IMG/VR virus record: IMGVR_UViG_3300025471_000688
DNA from: an uncultured virus (IMG/VR IMGVR_UViG_3300025471_000688)
Taxonomy: Duplodnaviria > Heunggongvirae > Uroviricota > Caudoviricetes
DNA: 32,480 nucleotides
Reading direction: 5' to 3' (one strand)
Positions 24,800 through 32,480 of this stretch are shown here, piece by piece (the stretch's first letter is position 1; every line of letters starts with the position of its first letter). The position numbers were made by a program, and so were the translations under genes. The notes under the pieces were generated by a model. It was not told the origin of the DNA. It saw only the letters and a list, made by a program, of their open reading frames with translations, and made no database searches.

Positions 24800-25016
24800 G
24801 GTGACGGATTGGTGACGGGTGACGGATGGTGACGGATTCTCGTATTTGGCGCTGATGCGTGTGTGCGCGCGCGTGTGCGCGTGCGTGGAAAGTGGGAAAA
24901 ACCCGTCACATCCGTCACCCGCGCCTGGATCTACTTGTGCTCCAATGACTTGCATGGGTGACGGATCGAAAACCAATCCGTCACCACCCGTCACCAATCG
25001 ACAGCGATCCGTCACC
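24800..25016. repeat. Putative replication origin: ten GGTGACGG-type iterons in both orientations
   Basis: GGTGACGG at 24800, 24811, 24818, 24828, 24957; CCGTCAC(C/A) at 24903, 24912, 24978, 24988, 25009; lies in the gap immediately downstream of the primase-helicase gene. Confidence 0.8.
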
Positions 25017-25047
25017 CGGCACGGTCCTCCAATTGGCAGACTCGACG

Positions 25048-27624
25048 TCAAACCTCTTCTCCTTCCTCGTCTTGGTGGTCGAAGCGCGCCTGCCGCGGCG
25101 CGGGCGCATGCTGCGGCGTGTCGTAGTGGTCCTCGGTCCGAAGCCCGATCCCGGAGTACAGCGCGCCATGCTTGGTCTTCGTCTTCGAGAAGCCCCGCTC
25201 GCTCATCAACGAAGCGAACGTCTTGTGGCTGACCGGCGATTCCCCGTACTGCTCAGCCCAAGCCTTGTACTCGCGGTAGAGCGAGAGCGACAGGGCCCGT
25301 GCGTTCGGGACCTTCACGCATTTCTCATCCAGGAACATCGAGAACGTGTCCTGTTCCGCCTCGTACTCCCGCGTGGCGTTAATCACTTCGTCCGGCACGC
25401 CCAGACCGTCGCGCTGCCATTCGAGGCATCCCTCGATCGCCCAGTTGAGGATGCCTGGTAGCTCCGACCGAAACATGGCCATCACCTCGTGGCGCCGCTT
25501 CTGCTGGGCTTTGGGAATGGTGTAGTCGAAGGGAACCAACTTCAGGCGCCGCCAAATGGCCGCGTCGCCGCGGATAGTCGGCTTGTGGTTGGTGGCGAAC
25601 CAGATCTTGAAGGCCGGCATGAACTCGAAGAACTCGCCGTGCAGGAAGCGAGCCACCATGCGGTCGCCGCCGGTCATCTCCTTGATCAGGGATTCCGCCA
25701 GGCGGACGCCGCGGTCATTCTCAGCCGCCCACACGAATCGTGCTCCCCGCAACCGGGCGATGTCGTTCGGGATGGTGCCCTCGCGCCGCTTGAGAAACGT
25801 CTCGACAGGCGTCCGGCGGGCATAGTTGCCCAGGAGCATTTCCATCACCTCGACCATGGTGGATTTTCCGTTGTCGCCCCCGGGCCCGTAAAGGATGAAC
25901 ATCGCCTTGTCGCTGGTGATGCCCGTGAGGCTCGAACCGAGGGCGCGCTTTAGGAAGCCGACGAGGCTCTGCCGGCCGAGCATGATCATGTCGAGGAAGG
26001 CGAGCCAGTTTGGGCACTGGGCTGACCGATCATGCACCACGGGCGCGAGCTTAGTGATCAGGTACTTCTGGTCGTGCGGCCGGAGGCGCCCAGTCCGAAG
26101 GTCAATCGTGCCGTTCTTGACCGTGAAGAGCCAGGGATCGCTGTCGAAGTCATCCGGGTGCCGCGCCACCGTGCGGTCGGACTTCGCGAGCGTGACCATC
26201 GCGTTCAGGGCGCGATGCGATTCCGACTTGATGAGATGGGTCAAAAAGGCTTTCCGCTCGTCTTCGTCCTTGATCTTCTTGGCGAGTGGATAAAGGCTTC
26301 GAATCAGATCTGTCGCCCGCGCGAAGATCTCCAGACGTTCGTCCTCGGCCCACCGCATGCCGTCCCAGAGCAGCCAGCGCCCCCACGGTTCGCAGTACAG
26401 GATCGTGTTGCGGTAGCGAGCGACAAAGCGCCTGGCATTACCGAGGTCGGTGTACTTCTCGATTCGGGAGGCGGTCTCCGCAGCCGCCGGCGCAGGCGCA
26501 GACGGTTCCTCTGGCGCTTCGGAAGATTGCTCGGCGTCAGGCTCGGCCTGCGGCTCTGGTGGCGCATCCTCATCCTCCATCCGCCCGATCGCGATCGGCG
26601 AATTTACGTTGCCGCGGAACAGGCACGCGTCGCAGAACCGGGCGCCGCCGAGATCGGATTCCACATAGGCGCAGGTGACGGGCGCGACCTTCTCAGCGGA
26701 TGCCTGCTTCAGCTTGCGTTGGGTTTCGCGTCGCGTGTACTTCGGGTGCGCCTGGCTCAGCTCGTGCGCCCACCGTTCGGCGTCCTCACACCGCGCGATC
26801 ACCGTCAGCATTCGGTACCACTCGGGTTCCGGAAGAGAGGTGGCATCGTCCCGGCAATGACGCATCCAGGCGCACCCATCGAGGATCTGCGGCAACTTCG
26901 CCGGCGGCAGGTCCGGCGGCGGTTCGATTGGTTGTGGGTCGCCCGGATCATCGAGCCCGCCCAGGATCTCGCCAATGTCGTCGAGGCAATACGCCTGGTC
27001 GAAGTACTCTGCGGTTACCGGGCGCACATCGTCCGGGAGCTTGCGGTTGAAGGTGCCTGGCACGCGCAGCACGCGGCAAAGATCGGCGGTCGGGTCGATA
27101 GTCCAGCCTCGCGCACGCGCCTGCAGACGAAGCATATGCTGGAAGCGCCGCGAGAGCGATTTCAGTTCCTGCCGTTCGGCTTCGGTCTCGATAACAAACG
27201 GCTCGCGGAAGAGCCAGTACACCTGCAGCCCGAAGCCGCTTCGTACGATCACTGAGGGCGGAAGTCCGACGGCATCTACCAAAGACAGCGCTTCTTCCTC
27301 GCTTCCGGGAAGCTCCTTCGCCTTGTGCGCCGCTCCGCCGATGTCGATGTCGGCCCATACGCCGGGCACGGAGACCACGCCAGCTTCCTTGCCGCGGCTG
27401 CCATTGTCGGGTGCCTGGCCCTGCAATCCAACCGCTGCATACACGTCCTGCCTGGCGGCCCGATCGGCACAGTAGGCGACGGCGGCATCGAGGGCGCCCT
27501 CTTGCGCGAGAAGAAACGCCCTCGACGCCTTGTCCTGGCGGGTCCACACCACGAACCATCCTTCCGGCTCGGGACCGTGAACCCGCTCGATAAATTGCCG
27601 GATGGCAAGCGTGTCGCCCTCCAT
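25048..27624 (-). CDS. Primase-helicase, P4/D5 family (AEP-type primase, Cys-rich domain, D5_N, SF3 helicase, winged helix; 858 aa)
   Basis: WADID and SGFGLQVYW primase motifs, RVLRVPGTFN; TDLGNARRF D5_N; Walker A GPGGDNGKST; KEMTGGD and TNHKP...WRR SF3 motifs. Confidence 0.92.
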   Translation of the reverse strand: MEGDTLAIRQFIERVHGPEPEGWFVVWTRQDKASRAFLLAQEGALDAAVAYCADRAARQDVYAAVGLQGQAPDNGSRGKEAGVVSVPGVWADIDIGGAAHKAKELPGSEEEALSLVDAVGLPPSVIVRSGFGLQVYWLFREPFVIETEAERQELKSLSRRFQHMLRLQARARGWTIDPTADLCRVLRVPGTFNRKLPDDVRPVTAEYFDQAYCLDDIGEILGGLDDPGDPQPIEPPPDLPPAKLPQILDGCAWMRHCRDDATSLPEPEWYRMLTVIARCEDAERWAHELSQAHPKYTRRETQRKLKQASAEKVAPVTCAYVESDLGGARFCDACLFRGNVNSPIAIGRMEDEDAPPEPQAEPDAEQSSEAPEEPSAPAPAAAETASRIEKYTDLGNARRFVARYRNTILYCEPWGRWLLWDGMRWAEDERLEIFARATDLIRSLYPLAKKIKDEDERKAFLTHLIKSESHRALNAMVTLAKSDRTVARHPDDFDSDPWLFTVKNGTIDLRTGRLRPHDQKYLITKLAPVVHDRSAQCPNWLAFLDMIMLGRQSLVGFLKRALGSSLTGITSDKAMFILYGPGGDNGKSTMVEVMEMLLGNYARRTPVETFLKRREGTIPNDIARLRGARFVWAAENDRGVRLAESLIKEMTGGDRMVARFLHGEFFEFMPAFKIWFATNHKPTIRGDAAIWRRLKLVPFDYTIPKAQQKRRHEVMAMFRSELPGILNWAIEGCLEWQRDGLGVPDEVINATREYEAEQDTFSMFLDEKCVKVPNARALSLSLYREYKAWAEQYGESPVSHKTFASLMSERGFSKTKTKHGALYSGIGLRTEDHYDTPQHAPAPRQARFDHQDEEGEEV

Positions 27625-27647
27625 GCCCCCTCCGTGCGCCGGCCGTG

Positions 27648-28400
27648 TCAGATGATTTCGCCTTCACCGTGCTGGACATCTTTCGCTGTGGGGGCCGAGG
27701 GCGCCGATTCGAGGAACGGCTTGAGCATCGCGGCGTACTCCTTGATCCGCGCGGCCTGTTCCGGCGAGAGCCGGCCGCCGGAGGTGAACGTCGCCCGCGA
27801 GTACACGATACCCTGCGCGTTCTTCGTCTTCTCGAGGCCGATCTTGGTGATCAGGCTGTAGCAGGGCACGGCCTTCGAGGCGAGGCGCATGAAATACTGC
27901 CGCGCCGGCTTGACCGAACTCGCGGGCAGGCTCACAATCTCCGGCAGCAGGTTCTCTTCCCGCACGAAGAACAACTGGCGCACCAGCTTGCAGGCCTGGC
28001 CCTCGCCCTTCGGGTCGCTGCCGAACTGCGCGAACGGGCACTTGTGGCAGTCCCCGCCCGGCTTGCCCGTGCCAGTGCGAGCGTCGAGCGAGTAGCAGTC
28101 CGGCGGCATGTTGCCGTCCGACTGCTCGAGCGGCACGCTCCAGTAGGCGCGCGTGTCGCGCCAGGCGACGATGATGCCGGCGAGTTCCTTCACCATCTCC
28201 TCGCCGTCGAGGGTTTGCAGCGTCCACGCCGTGCCGCCACCGGCCGGAATCTTGATGCGCTCAAAGTCGGTGGCGCTCATGCTGCTGTCCCCGAGGTTGG
28301 CCGCCACCGCGTCGCGGATCTCGGCAACAGGCGTTTGAAATACAACGAACGGGCTGATCGTCGCTACTTGGTTCTTCTTCACGAGTTCCTTGCTTGCCAT
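27648..28400 (-). CDS. Putative Zn-binding single-stranded DNA-binding/replication accessory protein (250 aa)
   Basis: Between helicase and primase genes; DC...DCHKC...QACK Cys cluster; short acidic-hydrophobic tail; AAGGAG SD before ATG 28400. Function inferred from context. Confidence 0.55.
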   Translation of the reverse strand: MASKELVKKNQVATISPFVVFQTPVAEIRDAVAANLGDSSMSATDFERIKIPAGGGTAWTLQTLDGEEMVKELAGIIVAWRDTRAYWSVPLEQSDGNMPPDCYSLDARTGTGKPGGDCHKCPFAQFGSDPKGEGQACKLVRQLFFVREENLLPEIVSLPASSVKPARQYFMRLASKAVPCYSLITKIGLEKTKNAQGIVYSRATFTSGGRLSPEQAARIKEYAAMLKPFLESAPSAPTAKDVQHGEGEII

Positions 28401-28402
28401 GG

Positions 28403-28798
28403 TTAGCTTCTCCTTGTTCTGAGTTTGAAAACCTCGCTCACGTCCAGGACTGCGGCCAGGGATGGTGGTAAAGCCCGCCCCTCGCGGTCGAGTTCCCGGA
28501 CGTAGGCGCTGAGGGAATTGGTGTTGAAGGTCTCCTCGACGTAGTCGCCGAGGCGGCACCGCTTCAGGGCCTTGCAGACAGCCGGCTTGTCGCCGTCCTT
28601 GGCCTTGGCCCACAGCTTGCGCTCGACATACACGGTGCGCCCGTCGATGGCGACGCGTTCCATGCCGCTCTGCTCAAACTGCGGGAGCAGGCGTCCTTCG
28701 AGTTCGGCGGCCTCGGCCTTGATCGAATCGACCTCGGCCTCGAGTTGCCGGCGGCGCTCTTCAAGCGCGACGAAGCGTTTGAGTTCATCGGTGTTCAT
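28403..28798 (-). CDS. Hypothetical phage replication-module protein with N-terminal coiled coil (131 aa)
   Basis: AAAGGA SD, ATGA coupling to the helicase gene. Confidence 0.8.
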   Translation of the reverse strand: MNTDELKRFVALEERRRQLEAEVDSIKAEAAELEGRLLPQFEQSGMERVAIDGRTVYVERKLWAKAKDGDKPAVCKALKRCRLGDYVEETFNTNSLSAYVRELDREGRALPPSLAAVLDVSEVFKLRTRRS

Positions 28799-30183
28799 GG
28801 GAGTCCTTTCATCTGCTGGAGAACGGTGTTGACGACGTCGGAGCGGCGCGCCAAGGCCGCCATGACCTTCTCGTCGACGGTGCCCTCGGCGACGAGGTGG
28901 ATGTACTCGACGGGCCGGGTCTGGCCGGGCCGGTGGATGCGCGCCAGGCTCTGCTCGTAAGAGCCGAGCGAAAAGCCGAGGGAGTAGTAGATCGCATAGC
29001 GGGCCCGAGTCAGATCGACGCCGACACCGCCTGAGTCGATCTGCACGGCGAGCACAGGCGCCTCACCTACCTGCCAGCGTTTCAGCTCGTCGACGCGACC
29101 GGAAAGCTCGAGCGACCGGCGGCCTGTTTCGTCGGCGACACGGTTTACGGCTTCGAGATCCTTGTGGAACCGGCAGAAGACGACCACGGGCTCGTCGGGC
29201 GCGATGTCTTCCAGCACGTCGCGCAGGAGGTTCATCTTGGCCGAGTCGATCTGCACGTCGTGCCCGTCATCGGTGCGGATGTAGCCGCCGGTGATTTGTT
29301 GGAGCCGCAGTAGCTTCACGAGGGCGTTTGCTGCGGTCACCTCACCGGCCTGCACTTCGGCGATGAGGTCACGTTCAAGCGAGCGGTAAACCTTGCGGGC
29401 CTCCGCGCCAAGCTGGCAGGTATAGGTGATGTGAACCTCGGCGGGCAAATCAAGGACGTCCTTGCCGCAGGCGAAGGTGACCGAGTAGAACTTCCGGTTG
29501 AGTTCATCCAGATTCCGGTAGGCGACGACTTGGTGATTCTGGTAGCCGCCCATCACGGCGTAATGCTGCCGGAACTTGTGGAAATTCCAGCCGAAGATGG
29601 ACGGGTCGATGAATCGGAAGTAGGCGTAAACGTCGAGCGGCGAGTGCGGCATTGGCGTGCCGGACAGGCCCAGCCGGCAGCGCGCCGCCTGACCGAGCCG
29701 TGCCAGGAACCGGCTGGCCTTGCCGCCGGGCGCCTTGCAGCGGTGGATCTCATCGGCAACGACCAGATCCCACTTCTGCTTGAGGGCCCACTCGGCAAAC
29801 GGCGAACGCCACGCGCTGTCGTAGTTGATGACAACCACCACCGGCACGCCGCGCGCCTTGCCGAGCCCAATCTGCCGCTCTGCCTCGGCCCGCTTGGCGC
29901 GCACACTGGCGAAGGAATCATCAAGCGGCACGACGAGGAACGGCACCTCCGAGTGCATCTCGAACTGTGGCCGCCACACCTGCACCACCCGTAACGGGCA
30001 GAGGACCAGGATCAGTTGAAACCCCTCCTCGACGCACAGATACACGGCCATCGCCGACTTGCCCGTGCCCATGACGGCGGCGATCATGGCGCCGCGCTTG
30101 CCGCGCCGGTAAAGGCTCCGGACGAAGGCCACGGCTTCCCGCTGGTGCCGCCAGGGCGTGGTGCGGAGCAGAACAGGCGTCAT
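28795..30183 (-). CDS. SNF2-family (SF2) helicase (462 aa)
   Basis: HQ Q-motif, MGTGKS, DEIH, LSGTP, GVGVDL and QSLARIHRPGQ motifs; AAGGAG SD before ATG 30183. Confidence 0.93.
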   Translation of the reverse strand: MTPVLLRTTPWRHQREAVAFVRSLYRRGKRGAMIAAVMGTGKSAMAVYLCVEEGFQLILVLCPLRVVQVWRPQFEMHSEVPFLVVPLDDSFASVRAKRAEAERQIGLGKARGVPVVVVINYDSAWRSPFAEWALKQKWDLVVADEIHRCKAPGGKASRFLARLGQAARCRLGLSGTPMPHSPLDVYAYFRFIDPSIFGWNFHKFRQHYAVMGGYQNHQVVAYRNLDELNRKFYSVTFACGKDVLDLPAEVHITYTCQLGAEARKVYRSLERDLIAEVQAGEVTAANALVKLLRLQQITGGYIRTDDGHDVQIDSAKMNLLRDVLEDIAPDEPVVVFCRFHKDLEAVNRVADETGRRSLELSGRVDELKRWQVGEAPVLAVQIDSGGVGVDLTRARYAIYYSLGFSLGSYEQSLARIHRPGQTRPVEYIHLVAEGTVDEKVMAALARRSDVVNTVLQQMKGLP

Positions 30184-30196
30184 CGCAGCCGCTCCT

Positions 30197-30709
30197 TCAC
30201 GCCGCCTGACCTTCCGGCTCAAGCAGCGCGATCGCCTCGGCCGTGGTGATGCCCGGGTGCTTCTCGAAGACCGGTTCGAGCCAGGCGTAGAACCACTCGG
30301 CTACCTTCAGGCGCGCCGTGTCGGCTTCGATCTGCTCCTTGAGCAGCGCGATGTAACGCCGGTGGTGCTCCTCGGTCGCCCGCGCCGTGGCCACGTAGCG
30401 GATGGCTCCACGGTCGTCGCGGAACGTGAGCGCCGACTCGGGCTCCAGACCTCCGAAGCGCATGTCCAGCCGCAGTTGCAGCGCGCGCCCTTTCCGCGTC
30501 GCCAGCGTCTTCTTCATCCGGTCGGAGACGATGGAGCGCACCTGCGCCACGGCCAGCTCGCGGCCATACTCAGCTACCAGGTCTCCGTAGCGCTCGAGGA
30601 TCTCCGCGCTGACCTCCTCAGCCGTGGGCTCGCGGGTTTCCAGGTGCGCCAGGATGACCTCGTCGATCCGGCGCGAGAGTTCCGAATCATGAAATCTGGG
30701 TTTTGTCAC
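30197..30709 (-). CDS. Hypothetical protein (170 aa)
   Basis: GTG start at 30709 with GGAGG SD, overlapping the end of the ParB-like gene. Confidence 0.7.
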   Translation of the reverse strand: MTKPRFHDSELSRRIDEVILAHLETREPTAEEVSAEILERYGDLVAEYGRELAVAQVRSIVSDRMKKTLATRKGRALQLRLDMRFGGLEPESALTFRDDRGAIRYVATARATEEHHRRYIALLKEQIEADTARLKVAEWFYAWLEPVFEKHPGITTAEAIALLEPEGQAA

Positions 30710-31634
30710 GGATGGCCTCCTCAAAGCGGTGGAGCCAGTCGAGAGCGACCGGCGATTTGGCCCGGATGCCCGGGCAGTGCCAATACTCAAGCCGCGATGC
30801 GAGCTCGACCGGATCGAGCGGCGTCTCGGCCAGAGCGATGACGGCGCGCGTCACCGCCCAGATCGAGTCCAGATCTTGCTTGAGCGCCTTACGCTCCTCC
30901 TCGGACAGGCCCGAGCGGTACCGGCCCGTGCGGTCCGCTACGAGCATCCCCGTCTCGCGCGCGATGCGCCGCGCTTCGGAGGTGGATGGGAGTTCGGTGG
31001 CCTCGCGCAGTTGGCGCACGATCTGGCGGCGCACGGCGGCGGGCATCTGAACGATCTCGCGTTGCGTCTCCGGCGGCGCCTGGGCGATAACGGCCGCAGC
31101 ATCAATCGATACCTCACCCGCGTCCATTGCGGCGACCAGTTCGGGCGCCCCGTCCTCGGTGACCTTCTTGGCCTGCTGATACGTCCGCGCGTTTCCGAAC
31201 CCAGCCCTCTCTGCCGCAATCTCGCGGGTTTTGGTTCCGGGAGGAACTTGTGGAAGATCTTCCACAAGTTCGAGGTCGGTTCTCTGCCCCTGCCGCTTGC
31301 CGATCTCCGCTTCAATCGCCTTGCCGATCGCCACCCGTTCGGAGGGCGTGAAATCCTTGCGGATTTCGTTCTCGGCGTACTCCCCCTCGACAATGCTCGA
31401 CACCTCGAGCACAATGACCGGAATTGTCTTCCACCCGAGAATGTCGCGCGCGGCCAGAAGGCGTCGCTCCCCGCAGATCAGCAAGCCATCTTTCGTGATC
31501 ACCGGCGGGTGGAGCAGGCCCACAGTGGCGATGCTGGCGGCGAGCACTTCCAACTCGCCCATGTCGCGCCGGTGACGCCCTACCACCCGGATGGCGTCGC
31601 AAGAAACTTCACGAAATACAAGATTGGATGTCAT
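30687..31634 (-). CDS. ParB/Srx N-terminal domain protein with HTH (315 aa)
   Basis: LAASIATVGLLHPPVI...ICGERRLLA and EYAENEIRKDFTPSE ParB boxes; TREIAAERAGFGNARTYQQAKKV HTH; ATGA coupling at 31634. Confidence 0.88.
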   Translation of the reverse strand: MTSNLVFREVSCDAIRVVGRHRRDMGELEVLAASIATVGLLHPPVITKDGLLICGERRLLAARDILGWKTIPVIVLEVSSIVEGEYAENEIRKDFTPSERVAIGKAIEAEIGKRQGQRTDLELVEDLPQVPPGTKTREIAAERAGFGNARTYQQAKKVTEDGAPELVAAMDAGEVSIDAAAVIAQAPPETQREIVQMPAAVRRQIVRQLREATELPSTSEARRIARETGMLVADRTGRYRSGLSEEERKALKQDLDSIWAVTRAVIALAETPLDPVELASRLEYWHCPGIRAKSPVALDWLHRFEEAIRDKTQIS

Positions 31635-31825
31635 CGGCCCGCCGCCTCCTGTGGGGGATTCGGATGACGGCGGTCCTCGGCCTCGGCCCACTGCGCGAGC
31701 AACTGGAACACGCCGGCCACGTTTGCGGCGATCTGCCGGGCGTCTTCAAGAGACAACGGCCGGTTCGTCCGCTTCTGCCAGAAGCGCCTTGTCGGTTCGA
31801 GGAACTCTTGCCGGGGCTCGCTCAT
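31631..31825 (-). CDS. Hypothetical protein (64 aa)
   Basis: MSEPRQEFLEPTRRFWQKRTNRPLSLEDARQIAANVAGVFQLLAQW; stop coupled to the ParB-like gene start. Confidence 0.7.
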   Translation of the reverse strand: MSEPRQEFLEPTRRFWQKRTNRPLSLEDARQIAANVAGVFQLLAQWAEAEDRRHPNPPQEAAGR

Positions 31826-31960
31826 CCGCAAAGTGGAGATCCTGCCGGACGACGCCCTCGCGTCATCCGCTTCGACCCTCCACCTCGGCATGAGCGCCGA
31901 TGGTGAGCGATCTATCGAGTTGCTGGGTTGAGGCCCCCGTTTGCGGAGGTCCTCACAAAA

Positions 31961-32170
31961 CTACACGGACTGCTGCAATTCGCTCTCGGGGATGAGAAAC
32001 CGGTGGTTCTTGCCGGCCTTGACGACCAGGTCACGCTTCCCGCTGTTCGAGATCTTGCACGTGATCGCCAGGTCGAAGTGGCCGTGGCTGACGCCCTCGC
32101 GTACCTCGGCTTCAATCTTCGCCAGGGCCCTGGCCAAGGCGCTGGTCTCCGGATTCGGCTTCTTGTCCAT
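31961..32170 (-). CDS. Hypothetical protein (69 aa)
   Basis: Compact ORF following the DUF5659-like gene, GGGGA SD-like sequence upstream. Confidence 0.7.
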   Translation of the reverse strand: MDKKPNPETSALARALAKIEAEVREGVSHGHFDLAITCKISNSGKRDLVVKAGKNHRFLIPESELQQSV

Positions 32171-32180
32171 TCGACATCCC

Positions 32181-32480
32181 CTATGAGTTATGGATCAGTG
32201 TTTTCAAGTCCTTAATCGCCGCGACAAATTGCAGCGGGTTCACTTCCGCCTTGTTGCCGAAGAACGCCATCAGGTCCGTCTTCCGGCCTGGCTTGTCTCC
32301 GAACACAAAGACCACCCGCCGGCCGTCCCGACGCACGTCGTCGAGGGCGTAGCCGATGCACCGCAGGTAGCAGGCCAGGTAGAAGTCGGATGTCTCGAAC
32401 GCTCCGCCTCCCGTGGCCCGCAACTCGGGGTGATGGTCCGTTCCGTCCAGTGTGTGCTTTACGCTAAACCCTTGTCCCAC
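32181..32480 (-). CDS. DUF5659-like phage protein (start at or beyond the window edge)
   Basis: FETSDFYLACYL...RVVFVF...F...IKDLKTLI pattern recalled for this family. Confidence 0.6.
   Translation of the reverse strand: MGQGFSVKHTLDGTDHHPELRATGGGAFETSDFYLACYLRCIGYALDDVRRDGRRVVFVFGDKPGRKTDLMAFFGNKAEVNPLQFVAAIKDLKTLIHNS

Larger units (their letters stand above)
337..32480 (-). mobile_element. Lambda-like siphovirus (pro)phage: replication, packaging, head and tail modules; ends not visible
   Basis: Collinear, translationally coupled minus-strand genes in lambdoid order (terS-terL-gpW-portal-protease/capsid-connectors-tube-G/GT-tape measure-tip) plus primase and helicase genes. No sheath or baseplate wedge genes. 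Confidence 0.95.

Noticed and set aside
24800..25016. GGTGACGG repeats as a CRISPR array, or ORFs 24779-25051 and 24819-25232 as genes
   Set aside because: Repeats are 8 bp, irregularly spaced and in both orientations, with no cas genes. The ORFs merely translate the repeats (VTGDG, PSPVT).
4193..31691. ORF-track start positions 4861, 4944, 4869, 14502, 16803, 18227, 19108, 24272, 24472, 24918, 28613, 30222, 30790, 31691
   Set aside because: They extend into neighbouring genes; downstream starts with SD sequences or stop-start coupling fit better.

Overview
GC-rich window almost entirely occupied by a lambda-like, long non-contractile-tailed (siphovirus-type) phage or prophage encoded mainly on the minus strand. 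From right to left it holds small early genes and a ParB-N/HTH protein, then a replication block (SNF2 helicase, SSB-like protein, P4/D5-type primase-helicase, iteron-rich origin, VRR-NUC nuclease). Next come a MerR-type regulator, a candidate late promoter with a structured leader, a lambda-like cos region, holin-like genes and a ParB-DNA methyltransferase. A plus-strand DUF3489 cassette follows, then TerS/GpA terminase, portal, a protease-capsid fusion, head-tail connectors, tail tube, chaperone with a -1 frameshift, tape measure, an inserted hicAB cassette, distal tail, an M15 peptidase and a 1287-aa fused tail-tip protein. No integrase, repressor, att site, tRNA/rRNA or CRISPR array is visible. 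The least-explained segment is 22040-23630: promoter, three-hairpin leader, PLMP-like small protein, 27-bp palindrome, Zn-ribbon protein, cos, and an orphan gene with its own terminator. All family assignments come from motif recognition by eye; no database search was run.
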